DNA of 64,000 bases from an uncultured Gemmatimonadales bacterium (GTDB lineage Bacteria; Gemmatimonadota; Gemmatimonadetes; Longimicrobiales; RSA9), in the NCBI GenBank assembly GCA_963798845.1, contig CAWCUS010000004.1:320001-384000 (forward strand), given 5' to 3'. Positions within the stretch are counted from its first letter, which is position 1; each line of letters begins with the position of its first letter. This document shows, in pieces, positions 18,758 to 29,647 of this stretch. Both the position numbers and the translations under genes were made by a program. The notes beneath the pieces were generated by a model. The model did no database searches. It saw only the letters and a program-made list of their open reading frames with translations, and had not been told where the DNA came from.

Positions 18758-21245
18758 GTGCCGATGAACCCAACCGGGTGGATAACCGTCCTCACCCTCA
18801 TCGGGTCGGCGCTTCAGGCCGCTCCCGCCCCGGCGCAGGCGGTCCCGGAGAGCAGGGCCGTCCAGGAGGCAGGGGAAGCGCCTGGTCCACGGACTTCCTT
18901 CCAGATCGCCGCTCGAGCCCACATCCTCGAGGACTCGGCGGCGCAAGCCGAGGAGAGGGCCCTTCGTCTGGGGGCCGTGCCGGAGCTGACGACGGACGTC
19001 GTAGCGGCGGAGCGCCGTTTCGCGGAGCTGCGGGCCCTGTTCGACGCCATGACCGGCGCGGACTTCGTCCGGCTGGAGCGTCTTTCGCGGCTCCGAGATC
19101 AGGCGCAGCTGGAGGACGGGCGGCTGGAGGTCGTCCGGGGGCGCCTGGTCGACCGGTTGGAGCAACTCGGCGGCCTCGATGCGGAGTGGACGGACCGCCG
19201 CCAACAGTGGCGGTCGTGGCTTGAGGCGCTGGGTGCGGAAACCGACGGGACGGCGGCCGAGGTGGCGCTGACGGAGGGGCAGGCGAGGGCCGCGCTCGAC
19301 CGGATAGATTCGGTGCTGGAAGCGGCGACGGCCGCGGCGGCCTCCCCGCTGGAGCTCCAGAGTCGTGTGGAGGCGCTACGAGAACGGATCGGCCACCTCA
19401 GCGACACGATCACTGCCATCCAGGCACAGCGCCGGCAGGCCTTGCTGGCGTGGGGGGAGCCAGTTCTCTTTTCCGCTGAGCATCGGGCGCAGCTCCGGGA
19501 GGGGGGGTGGCGGGCGTGGGATCCCGCTGCCGGCATCGAGCTGGACGCGTATCGGACGTTCGCGCGGGACAACCTGGGCATGCTGTTGTTCCACGCGTTC
19601 CTGGCGTTCGTCATCGGAGCAACGGTGCGGCTTGGCCGGCGGGCGGCCGGTCGGGCGGAGGCCGCCGAGTGGTCCGGCCTCCTGGAGCATCCCTGGTCTC
19701 TGGGCCTGTTCGTTTCCGTGCTGGCCGCAATGGGCCGCATCACGCTGGCACCGCCTCTCTGGGATGTCCTGCTGTGGGCCGTCTTCGGGGCCAGCGCCGC
19801 GATCCTCGGCCGTCGCCTGTTCAATGCCCGGGCCGTCCGCCTCATGATCTACCTGGCCGCGGCCTTCTACCCGGCGTTCCTGCTCCTGGAGGTGGGCCAG
19901 CTCCCCGAGCCGGTCTTCCGGGTGGGCCTGGCCCTCGTGGCCGCACTGGCCATCCCACTCTTCCTGCTGCTGGCGTTCCGTCGGCTCCCGGCCGTGGATG
20001 AGGAGTACGGGCCGGAGGATGGTGATCCGGCTCGAAAGTGGCCGCTTCTCGTCGGCGCGGCCGTGTGGGTGGTGGTGCTGGCCTGTTTGGCCCTGGGCTT
20101 CGACGCGCTGGCCCGGTGGACGCTGCACGTGACGGTGATGAGCGGTGCGGTGGCGTATACGGTGATGCTGGGCTTTGCCATCACGGGGGCTGCGGCCACC
20201 ACGTTCACGCGCCTGGACGTGGAGGGTCCGTTCCTGCACCGGGTGGGCGTGTTGCTGGCGCAGCGGCTGCTCCTGATCGTGCGGGTCGTACTCGCCCTGG
20301 CCGGCGTGCTCATCCTCCTTGACGTCTGGGGGTTGACCGGATCGCCGGTGACCACCTGGCAGTGGATCATGGGCGCCGGCTTCACGGCGGGGACGTTCCA
20401 CCTGACCGTCGGCCGGGTGGTGATCGGTGCGCTGGTCGTGTACCTGGCAGTGCTCGTGTCCGGCCTCTTCCGGTCGCTGGTGACCGCCGGCCATGACCCA
20501 CACGGTCCGGCGGGGGCGGGCCGCATGTTCGACCTCGACCCGGGCCTCGGGGCGTCCATCACGCGCCTGGCCCAGTATGCGTTCGTCGCGCTCGGAACCA
20601 TCCTCGCCCTTGGGATCATGGGCTTCCGGCTGCAGAACTTCGCCATCATCACCGGGGCGCTCGGGATCGGCGTGGGCTTCGGGCTGCAGAACGTGGTGAA
20701 CAACTTCGCCAGCGGACTGATCCTGCTTTTCGAGCGGCCCGTGCGCGTGGGCGACGCCGTGGTGGTGGGGGACGTCTGGGGCACGATTCAGAAGATCGGG
20801 CTCCGTTCCACGGTCCTGCTCACCCTGGATCAGTCCGAGAATGATCGTCCCGAATGCTGACCTGGTGTCCGAGAAGGTGATCAACTGGACGCTCACCGAC
20901 TCGAGGGCCCGTTTGTTCCTGCCCCTGGGCGTGGGGTATGGCAGCCCGGTGGCCCGTGTGCTGGAGATCCTGGAGGAAACGGCTGCCGCACACGAGGAGG
21001 TGCTGGAGGACCCGGCGCCCGAGGCTCTGTTCATGAAGTTCGGCGACAGCTCCCTCGACTTCGAGCTCCGGGTCTGGGTGAAGGACGTCCGAAACCGGTT
21101 GCCCATACGAAGCGCGGTGCTCACGGACCTCGACCGTCGGCTGCGGGACGCCGGGATCGAGATCCCCTTCCCACAGCGCGACCTCCACCTGCGGTCGATC
21201 GACCCGGAGGCACTGAAAGCGGTGTTCGATCGGGGCAGCCCATGA
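18758..21245 (+). CDS. MscS/MscK-like mechanosensitive channel, frameshifted near 20840
   Basis: Coiled-coil N-terminus, many TMs, GIGVGFGLQNVVNNFASGLILLFERPVRVGD; continues as IVPN...GVGYGS...FGDSSLDFELRVW...IEIPFPQRDLH after one extra A. Confidence 0.88.
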
Positions 21246-21450
21246 TGCGTTGTAGACGGTCCTTGCGACCGAAGTAGAACAGCACCAGCTCGTGGCTCAC
21301 CCCCGCCTCCGATCGCCACCGCCCGGATCGTCAGGCGCCGGACTCCGTCGCGGCAGGCCAACCGGAACGCCGCCTCCAGCAGCTGCGTGCGGCGGGCCTC
21401 CTCCGGCAAACGTCTCGACCTCTCGTGCTCCCTCAGGCCTGTACCTGACG
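21246..21450 (-). pseudogene. TetR-family regulator remnant (HTH only, frameshifted)
   Basis: RRLPEEARRTQLLEAAFRLACRDGVRRLTIRAVA / SEAGVSHELVLFYFGRKDRL across a 1-nt shift near 21312; no ligand-binding domain. Confidence 0.7.
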
Positions 21451-21486
21451 GACGCCCAGTGTGGGTTGAAGAGGGTTGATTCGTTA

Positions 21487-21502
21487 TTGACCATTTGTCC
21501 AA
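21487..21502. promoter_or_regulatory. Imperfect palindrome, probable TetR-type operator
   Basis: TTGACCA-tt-TGTCCAA in an AT-rich island between the divergent tetR remnant and cheB/R gene. Confidence 0.5.
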
Positions 21503-21605
21503 ATAAGCCTATCATTATTCTGTGGAGCCGGTCAAGGCCAGGGCGCGATCCTCATTCAGGCGCGCCGCCCCGTCTCCTCTACAAACTCGCACCAAAGGCA
21601 TCCGA

Positions 21606-24600
21606 ATGGAGGGCAAAGCCTGGCGAAACGCCCGCCCGGCCCGTGCTCCGCCTCCCGGGTCGAGTTGTGGCCATTGGCGCGTCGGCGGGTGGTCTGAAGG
21701 CGCTCCAGGAACTGGTTCAGGCGATTCCGGCCGACAGCGGCAGGGCGTACGTCGTGATCATGCACCTGGACCCGGATCGGGAGAGCCGGATCGCCGAGCT
21801 CCTTCAGGACCGGGCGCCGATCCCGGTGACGCAGGTCGGGCGCGCGACGGTCGTGGAAGCGGACCACATCTACGTCATCCCACCAGGCCAGGACCTGGAG
21901 ATGAAGGTGATGGACGTGATCAAGCTGCGGGAGCGGGGTGATCGATGGCGACCGGGCGCCGGTGGACCTGTTCTTCCGGACGCTGGCGCGGGAGTATGGT
22001 CCTGAGGCGGTAGGGGTGGTGCTGTCCGGGACGGGAACGGATGGAACGGCGGGGGTGCGGTCGATCCGGGAGGCGGGGGGGATCACGGTGGCGCAGTCGC
22101 CCGGGGAGGCCGATTACGAGGGGATGCCGGCGAGCGCGATCGCCACGGGGCTGATCGACCTGGTGCTGTCGTCGTCCCGGATTCCGACCGAGCTGCATCG
22201 CCTGGACCGGAGGCCGCTGCCGCTGGCGTCAGCGGCGGGCGACGAGCACCTCGAGGACGAATTGGCGCCGGTGTTTGCGGCGGTGCGAGGCGGTACGGGG
22301 CACGATTTCAGCATGTACAAGCGGTCGACGTTGCTGCGTCGGCTGGAGCGTCGTCTGCTGTTCAACGGCTTGGAGACCCTGTCGGAGTATGTGACGCTCC
22401 TCCGGTCGAGCCAGGCGGAGCGCCAGGCGTTGCTGCGGGACCTGCTCATCTCGGTGAGCTCGTTCTTCCGCGATCCCGAGGCCTTCGACGGTCTCGTGCC
22501 GGCGATTGCCGGACTGTTCGAGCACAAGGGGCCGGGAGATACAGTGCGGGTGTGGGTGGTGGGGTGCGCGTCGGGGGAGGAGGTGTACTCCCTCGCCATG
22601 ATCCTGGCGGAGCACGCGGCGACGCTGCTGGATCCGCCCGGGATCCAGGTGTTCGCCACCGACATCGACGAGCGAGGGTATGCGTGGGGCCGGGAAGGCG
22701 TGTATCCGTCGTCGGCCGTGGCGCCCGTGGCGCCGGAGCGGCTGCAGCGTTTCTTCACGAAAGAGCCGGGCGGGTACCGGATCAGCAAGTCGCTGCGAGA
22801 GCTGGTGCTCTTCGCCGTGCACAATGTGTTGCGCGATCCACCGTTCGCGCGGATCGACCTGGTCAGCTGCCGGAACCTGTTCATCTACCTGCAGCCGGAG
22901 GCGCAGCAGCAGGCGCTCGAGACGATGCACTACGCGCTGAATCCGGACGGACTCCTTTTCCTCGGCGCATCCGAATCGGTTGGCGACGGCGGCCTCTTCT
23001 CTGCCGTGGGCGCGCCGGCGAACCGGATCTTCCGCCGCACCCCGGTGCCGAGTCGGCTACCGCGGGTGTCCACGATGGACCCCATGGTGCGGGCGGGCGC
23101 GGCGACGGGTAACGGTGGGGAGGCCCGGCGGGAGGCGTTCTCCTACGGCGCCGTCCACATCCACATGCTGGAGGAGTACGCCGAGCCGAGCGCGGTCGTG
23201 GATGAGCGGTGGGAGGTGGTCCACATGTCGGAAGGTGTGGGCCGCTATCTCCGTCTTCGGGAGGGGGAGCCGAGCCGCCGGGTACTGGACCTGACGAGAG
23301 CCGACCTGCGCATGGCGCTGCGCTCGGCGCTGCACCAGGCCTTCACGAAGGGTGCGGCTACGGCCCGGCGGGTCCAGAGGGACGGGGGTGGCCAGCTACG
23401 GGTCCGGGTCCGGCCGGGCTCTCCGAACGGCATGGGAGGCCGGTTCGCCTTGGTCCTCTTCGAGGAGGTGGACGACGTGCCTGAGGGCGTTCCGGCAGCG
23501 GCGGAGTCCGGGTCGGACCAGTCGAATGCTCGGGACCTCGAGGACGAGCTGCGGCAGACGAGGGAGCAGCTGGAGGCCACGAGTGCATCCTACGAGCACA
23601 CCGTGGCCGAGCTCCAGGTGGTGAACGAGGAGCTGCTGTCCACCAACGAGGAGCAGAAGGCTGCCGCGGAGGAGCTGGAAACCGGGCGTGAGGAGATCCA
23701 GTCCATCAACGAAGAGCTGACGACGATCAACCAGGAGCACCAGAGCACGATCGAGGAGCTGAAGCGCACCAACGGGGACCTGCAGAACCTGATCGAATCG
23801 ACGGAGATCGGCACCATATTCCTCGATCGCGCCATGCGGATCCGCCGCTTCACGCCCGCGGTGGCAGAGCTATTCAATTTCGTGGTCACGGACCATGGCC
23901 GGCCCCTCGCGCACATCACGCACCGGCTGAACTATCCGGATCTGGTGGCGGATGTCGCGCGCGTGCTGGAGTCGCTGGAGCGGCTCGAGCGGGAGGTGAC
24001 CAGCGAAGGCGGCGAGGCCTTCATCGTCCGCATGAACCCCTACCGGTCGGTGGATGGGAAGGTCGATGGCGCGGTCCTCACGTTTTTCGATCACACGGCC
24101 CACCACGCCATGGAGGGTGAGCTGCGAGAGGCCAAGGCCGTGGCGGAGGCGGCGAACGTGGCCAAGACCACGTTCCTGGGGACGCTCTCGCACGAGCTAC
24201 GCACGCCGCTGAGCGCGATCGTTGGCTATGCCGACATTCTCCAGATGGACGGCACGCTCACAGCGGAACAGGGCCACCGGGTCGACCGGATCCGGGCGGG
24301 CGCCGACCACCTGACCGCGATGATCGATGAGCTCCTGAGCTTCACGCGCATGGATGTGGGGCGGGAACGCGTCGAGCGGCAGGCCCTCGACGCCCGGGCG
24401 GTCGCGAGGGAGGCCCACTCCCTCATGGCGCCGGTGGTGGCCGCCAAGGGGCTGGCGTTCACCTTGGAGCTGCCCGACGAGGCCGTGCAGCTCGAGACCG
24501 ACGTGGTGAAGGTGCGCCAGATTCTCATGAATCTGTGCGGAAACGCAGTGAAGTACACCGCCTCGGGCGAGATCCGGCTGCGCGTGTACGGCGACGGCGA

Positions 24601-25003
24601 TCGCATGGTCTTCGAGGTGTCCGATTCAGGGATCGGGATCGCGGCCGAGCACTTCGAACGCATCTTCGAGCGCTTCTGGCAGGTGGACGGAGGCGCGACC
24701 CGCACGTCGGGCGGCCTGGGGGTGGGGCTCGCGGCCGTGCGGGAGTACAGCCGGCTGCTCGGCGGCGATGTCGAGGTGGAGAGCGAGCTGGGCAGGGGCA
24801 GTACCTTCCGTTTCTGGCTCCCCCTCCTGCGAAGGGCAGAGGATGCCCGCGCGGCGGTGAGCCTTCGGGACTCCGCGCCGGCTCGAACCTCCGACAGTGG
24901 AAACGCGCCGGGAGTCCGGCACCGTCGTGGTGGTGCTGACGGGCGACTGGGCGTTGGAGCGCGCCGTCCCCGCCTTCGCCGCGCTCATGGACGAGCAGCC
25001 TGA
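21606..25003 (+). CDS. CheB methylesterase / CheR methyltransferase / PAS / histidine kinase fusion (frameshifted 5' part; both ends uncertain)
   Basis: IGASAGG, HLDP, SGTGTDG (CheB); SFFRD, GCASGEE, ATDID, SCRNL (CheR); coiled coil, PAS; SHELRTPL, NAVKYT, DSGIGI, GLGVGL (HK). Confidence 0.88.
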
Positions 25004-26006
25004 CCTCGACGGGATCCGTTCGGTGCGGTTCGCGAGCGCGGAGCTGGGCGGCTGGGACAGCAGCCTGCTGACCTTCCTGGTCCAGGGCGCGAGGTACTGC
25101 GAAGCCCGCGTCCTGGAGTTCGACGAAGGGGGGCTGCCCGAGGATGTCACCCGTCTCCTGGCGCTGGCCCGGGCGGTCCCGGAGCGGGAGCCCGCCGGCG
25201 CGGAGCCGAGCCCATCGTTCCTCTCGAGGATCGGCGAGAAGGGCCTCTCGGCCTACGGGGATGTCGTCGCCGCCGTCACCTACGGGGGCGAGGTCGCCCA
25301 GAGCATCGGCCGCCTGAGCATGCGCCGCGTCCGGCTCCGCTGGCGGGACTTCTGGGTGGTGGTGCAGTCGAACGGCTCGGGCGCGCTTCCCATTGTCACG
25401 CTGATCGCCTTCCTGGTAGGAGCCATCATCGCCTTCCTGGGCGCCGTGGTGCTGCGGCGCTTCGGCGCCGGCTACTACGTCTCGTACCTGGTCGGCTACG
25501 GGATCCTGAGGGAGATGGGGGCGCTGATGACGGGCATCATCATGGCGGGTCGGACCGGCGCCGCGTTCGCCGCCGAGCTCGGCAGCATGAAGGTCACCGA
25601 GGAGATCGATGCCTTGCGGACCCTGGGCATCTCCCCGGTCGACCACCTCGTCCTGCCTCGCGTGCTCGGCCTCTCGGTGATGATGCCCGTCCTGACCATC
25701 TATGCCGATATCGTGGGCGTTCTGGGCGGACTGGTCGTCGCGGTCACGCTCCTCGACCTCACGGCCACGCAGTTCGTGGGCGGGCTCCTGGGTGTGCTCA
25801 CGCTCGGCAATGCGGTGCTGGGCGTGTTCAAGGGGTCCGTGTTCGGCGTCGTGATCGGCGCTGCGGGCTGCATGAAAGGGCTGCAGACCGGCTCGGACGC
25901 CGGAGCGGTGGGACGGGCGGCCACCTCGGCGGTGGTGCTGGGAATCACCGGGATCATCGTGGCCAACGCCGTGATCGACTGGCTGGCGGCCCTGGTGGGG
26001 ATGTGA
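24897..26006 (+). CDS. mlaE: MlaE-family ABC permease with N-terminal STAS-like domain
   Basis: REMGALMTGIIMAGRTGAAFAAELGSMKVTEEIDALRTLG; VGRAATSAVV; start uncertain. Confidence 0.88.
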   Translation: METRRESGTVVVVLTGDWALERAVPAFAALMDEQPDLDGIRSVRFASAELGGWDSSLLTFLVQGARYCEARVLEFDEGGLPEDVTRLLALARAVPEREPAGAEPSPSFLSRIGEKGLSAYGDVVAAVTYGGEVAQSIGRLSMRRVRLRWRDFWVVVQSNGSGALPIVTLIAFLVGAIIAFLGAVVLRRFGAGYYVSYLVGYGILREMGALMTGIIMAGRTGAAFAAELGSMKVTEEIDALRTLGISPVDHLVLPRVLGLSVMMPVLTIYADIVGVLGGLVVAVTLLDLTATQFVGGLLGVLTLGNAVLGVFKGSVFGVVIGAAGCMKGLQTGSDAGAVGRAATSAVVLGITGIIVANAVIDWLAALVGM

Positions 26007-26794
26007 TGAGCGCTCTCCGGTCTGCGGGCGTGTCAGCGGAGTCATCTCCCATCGAGGTGAAGGACCTGGTCATGTCCTACGGTGCGAACATCATCATGGA
26101 AGGTCTGAGCTTCGCGGTTCGCCGCGGCGAGGTGTTCGTGATCATGGGCGGGAGCGGCAGCGGCAAGAGCACGCTGCTGAAGCACCTGATCGGGCTGAAG
26201 AAACCGACCGAGGGCACCATTCTGTTCGAAGGTGAGGATTTCGTCTCGGCCGGGGAGGAGGCGAGGAAAATGATGCTCCGGCGCATGGGCGTGCTCTTTC
26301 AGAACGGGGCGCTGTGGAGCGGGCTGACGCTCGCGGAGAACGTGGCCCTCCCGCTGGAGGAATACACCAGCCTGCCAGCGGAGGCGATCGGAGAGCTGGT
26401 CTCGCTGAAGCTCGCCCTGGTGGGGCTGCGCGGGTTCGAATCGTTCTATCCCGCCGCCATCAGCGGGGGCATGCGCAAGCGTGCGGCTCTCGCTCGCGCG
26501 ATCGCGCTGGATCCCAATGTACTCTTCTTCGACGAGCCGTCCTCGGGCCTCGACCCGGTCTCCGCCAACCGCCTGGATGACCTCATTTTGCAGCTGAGAG
26601 CGAGCCTCGGCACCACGATCGTGGTGGTGAGCCACGACCTGGCGAGCATTTTCCGGGTGGCCGACCGCGCGCTGTTCCTGGACATCGAGAGTAAGACCAT
26701 GACTGCGCTCGGCAGCCCCGACGATCTGCGGGATGCTCCGCCGAGCGAGGAAGTCCGCCGATTCCTGACCCGAACCAGCGAGGGTGCCGCATGA
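26003..26794 (+). CDS. mlaF: MlaF-family ABC ATP-binding protein
   Basis: GGSGSGKS, ISGGMRKRAALARA, FFDEPSSGLDP, VSHD. Confidence 0.9.
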   Translation: MMSALRSAGVSAESSPIEVKDLVMSYGANIIMEGLSFAVRRGEVFVIMGGSGSGKSTLLKHLIGLKKPTEGTILFEGEDFVSAGEEARKMMLRRMGVLFQNGALWSGLTLAENVALPLEEYTSLPAEAIGELVSLKLALVGLRGFESFYPAAISGGMRKRAALARAIALDPNVLFFDEPSSGLDPVSANRLDDLILQLRASLGTTIVVVSHDLASIFRVADRALFLDIESKTMTALGSPDDLRDAPPSEEVRRFLTRTSEGAA

Positions 26795-27774
26795 GCCTCC
26801 GTGCCAGCCCGACCGCGATCGGGCTATTCATGATCGGCGGGATCGTCCTCGCGGTGGTGGGCGTCGCCACCCTGGCCTCCACCACCCTGTTCGAGGAACG
26901 GTCGACCTTCGTCAGCCTGTTCGAGGAATCGGTGAACGGGCTGGAGCGCGGCGCCCCTGTCAAGTTCCAGGGCGTTCCCGTGGGCACCGTGACGGAGATC
27001 CTGATCCGGATCGACGAGCGGGACAAGACGTTCGAGGTGCCGGTGCAGTACGACGTCGACCTGACGCGCCTCACCACCCGGGCCGGGAAGTACCTCCAGC
27101 TCAACCGGCAGGATGTGCTGAGGCAGCAGATCGCCGACGGGCTCCGGGCCCAGCTGCAGATGGAGAGCATGGTCACCGGGCAGCTCTACATCGAGCTGAC
27201 GTACCGCCCCGACGCGCCGATCGAGTCGGAGACCGCGCTGGCGGAGTTCCCCGAAATCCCGACCACGCCCTCGCTCCTGGCGGCCCTCGGTACGGGCGCG
27301 GGGAGCGTGATGGAGAAGGTTCTCCAGGTCCTGTTCCAGGTCAACCAGCTGCTGAACGAGGTGGACATGCCGGGGATCAACGCCGCCGTGGTGTCGTCGG
27401 CGGAGGCGGTCGAGCGCCTGGTGGATTCTCCCGAGATCCGTGCAGCCGTCCAACAGGTGCCTGGCATGACCGCGCAGGTCAACCAGACGATGGCGGAGGT
27501 GCAGCGGCTGGCCCAACATGCCAGTGCAGCCATCGATCCGCTACAGCTCCAGCTGGAAGGGACGTCCACCGAGATGTTGGCCGCAATGCAGGCGTTGCAC
27601 GGCATGCTGGACGAGATGGCCGGCCTGCTGTCGACGGACTCGGACCTGGGCTACGGACTGCAAGAGACCCTGGCGAGCCTCCGCAAGGCGGCAGACGCCC
27701 TGAGCGTGCTCGCCACATCGCTGGAGCAGAACCCCGACATGTTGATCCGCGGCAAGAAGCCGCCGGAGAATTGA
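26791..27774 (+). CDS. mlaD: MlaD/MCE-domain protein
   Basis: N-terminal TM; ESVNGLERGAPVKFQGVPVGTV; LEQNPDMLIRG. Confidence 0.88.
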   Translation: MSLRASPTAIGLFMIGGIVLAVVGVATLASTTLFEERSTFVSLFEESVNGLERGAPVKFQGVPVGTVTEILIRIDERDKTFEVPVQYDVDLTRLTTRAGKYLQLNRQDVLRQQIADGLRAQLQMESMVTGQLYIELTYRPDAPIESETALAEFPEIPTTPSLLAALGTGAGSVMEKVLQVLFQVNQLLNEVDMPGINAAVVSSAEAVERLVDSPEIRAAVQQVPGMTAQVNQTMAEVQRLAQHASAAIDPLQLQLEGTSTEMLAAMQALHGMLDEMAGLLSTDSDLGYGLQETLASLRKAADALSVLATSLEQNPDMLIRGKKPPEN

Positions 27775-27776
27775 CC

Positions 27777-28424
27777 ATGCGACAGATGAGACGCGCCGTT
27801 CCCCCGCTCGCGCCGCTGCTCCTCGCCCTCACGGGCGGGTGCTTCAGCCTGGCCCGCGAGAGCACGCCTGTCGAGCAGTACGTACTCGGCGGCGTCGCGG
27901 GCGCCGACGCCGGAGCCGCGTCGCTCGACCCGACCGCTCCCGTCATCGGCCTGCGACGCCTGGACCTCGGCGCATATCTGGCCACGCCGGACGTCGTCGT
28001 CCGGCACGGGACACACCGGATCGAGGACTCCGAGTTCCACCGTTGGGGGGAGGACCTGGGCGTGGGGATCAACCGCGCGCTGGCCGCCTACCTGATGACG
28101 CAAGGCGGATTCCGGCGGATCGACGTGGCTCCCTGGGCCGCCGCGACGGCCCACGACTACCTGGTCCAGGTCCGCGTGCTGCACTTCGAGGGCGTGGTTC
28201 CGGAGGCCGGGTCCGGGACGCAGGGAGAGGCCCACGTGCTGGCGGCCTGGGCGGTGATCCGCCCCGGCGGCGGCGCCGTGGTGGCCCGCGGGACCACCGA
28301 TTATCGGCAACCCGGGTGGGCCGTGGGAGACTATCCCTCGCTCGTAGCGCTCCTGGACCGCGGTGTGTTCCGCATTGCGACCGACCTGGCCGAAGCTCTC
28401 GCCAGCCTGCCGGCCGGGTCATGA
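27777..28424 (+). CDS. PqiC-like ABC transport auxiliary lipoprotein
   Basis: Lipobox LTGGC; EFHRWGEDLG; follows the MCE gene. Confidence 0.82.
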   Translation: MRQMRRAVPPLAPLLLALTGGCFSLARESTPVEQYVLGGVAGADAGAASLDPTAPVIGLRRLDLGAYLATPDVVVRHGTHRIEDSEFHRWGEDLGVGINRALAAYLMTQGGFRRIDVAPWAAATAHDYLVQVRVLHFEGVVPEAGSGTQGEAHVLAAWAVIRPGGGAVVARGTTDYRQPGWAVGDYPSLVALLDRGVFRIATDLAEALASLPAGS

Positions 28425-29524
28425 CCGTCGCCTCCGACCTTCGGCTCCGGAAGCTCGAGACCTTCACGTTCCTCGCCTTCGTCCTCCTCGCGACGGGCGT
28501 GTTCTTCTGGACCATCCGCCCGTTCTTCTCTCCGCTGTTCTGGGCGGCGGTGTTCGCACTCCTGTTCCAGGGAATGCACGCGCGCCTGGTGCGACTCTTC
28601 CGCGGCAGGCGGGCCCCGGCGGCGCTCGTGGCGACCATGGCGACGGTCCTGTTCGTCGTGCTCCCGTTCGCCGCCGTGCTCGCGGCGCTGGCGCGGCAGG
28701 GCCTGCTCCTGTACCAGGGTCTCGCTTCCGGGGAGATCAGCGTGCAGGCCCCGATCGACCTGATCGAGCGGTGGCTGCCCGCCGTGGCCGGGCTTCTCGA
28801 GCGGTACGGCGTGGATGTCGAGCAGCTCCGGGTCTCCATGCAGGACGTGGCGGCGCGGGTCACCGGGTCCATAGCCGGATGGGCGCTGACGGCCGGACAG
28901 AACGTGCTGATGATCGCGCTCCTGTTCGGGCTCATGCTCTACCTGCTGTTCTTCTTCTTCCGGGATGGCGGCCGCATCGTGGACCACGTCATGCGGGTCC
29001 TGCCGCTGGGCGAAGACCGCAAGCAGCGCCTGCTTCGGAAGTTCGCCGAGGTCGCGCGGGCCACGGTGAAGGGGACGCTGATCATCGCGGTGGTGCAGGG
29101 GAGTCTCGGCGGGCTCCTGTTCGCCGTCGTCGGCATCCGGACCGCCGTCTTCTGGGGCGCCGTGATGGCGGTGCTGTCGCTGCTGCCCGCCGTCGGGGCC
29201 GGCCTGATCTGGCTTCCCGGGGCCGTCATCCTCTTCGCGGGCGGGCACGTGTGGCAGGCCGTGCTCGTGGTGCTCGGCGGCGTCTTCGTGATCGGGCTCG
29301 TCGACAATCTGCTGAGGCCCATCCTCGTCGGTCGTGACACCAGGACGCCCGACTACATCATCCTCCTCTCCACACTCGGCGGGATCGCGGCATTCGGGAT
29401 GGCCGGCTTCGTCGCCGGCCCCGTGGTCGCTGCACTGTTCCTGGTGGTGTGGGACATGTTCGGCGAGGAGTACGCGGAGAAGACGCTGCTGGCTGAGCGA
29501 CCCGCGCGGGAGCCGGAAGGCTGA
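28421..29524 (+). CDS. AI-2E family transporter
   Basis: VDNLLRPILVG, LSTLGGIAAFGMAGFVAGPVVAAL; ATGA-coupled. Confidence 0.9.
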   Translation: MTVASDLRLRKLETFTFLAFVLLATGVFFWTIRPFFSPLFWAAVFALLFQGMHARLVRLFRGRRAPAALVATMATVLFVVLPFAAVLAALARQGLLLYQGLASGEISVQAPIDLIERWLPAVAGLLERYGVDVEQLRVSMQDVAARVTGSIAGWALTAGQNVLMIALLFGLMLYLLFFFFRDGGRIVDHVMRVLPLGEDRKQRLLRKFAEVARATVKGTLIIAVVQGSLGGLLFAVVGIRTAVFWGAVMAVLSLLPAVGAGLIWLPGAVILFAGGHVWQAVLVVLGGVFVIGLVDNLLRPILVGRDTRTPDYIILLSTLGGIAAFGMAGFVAGPVVAALFLVVWDMFGEEYAEKTLLAERPAREPEG

Positions 29525-29647
29525 CGGGCGAGCCGCAACCGCGCGCCCCTCTCCGCCGCGCGCGCTCCCGGGCGGCCCGCCCGACGTCCTTGTCGCGGTC
29601 TCCATGCGCAGGGCGCGGCAACACACGGGTTGCCGCGCCCTGCTCAT

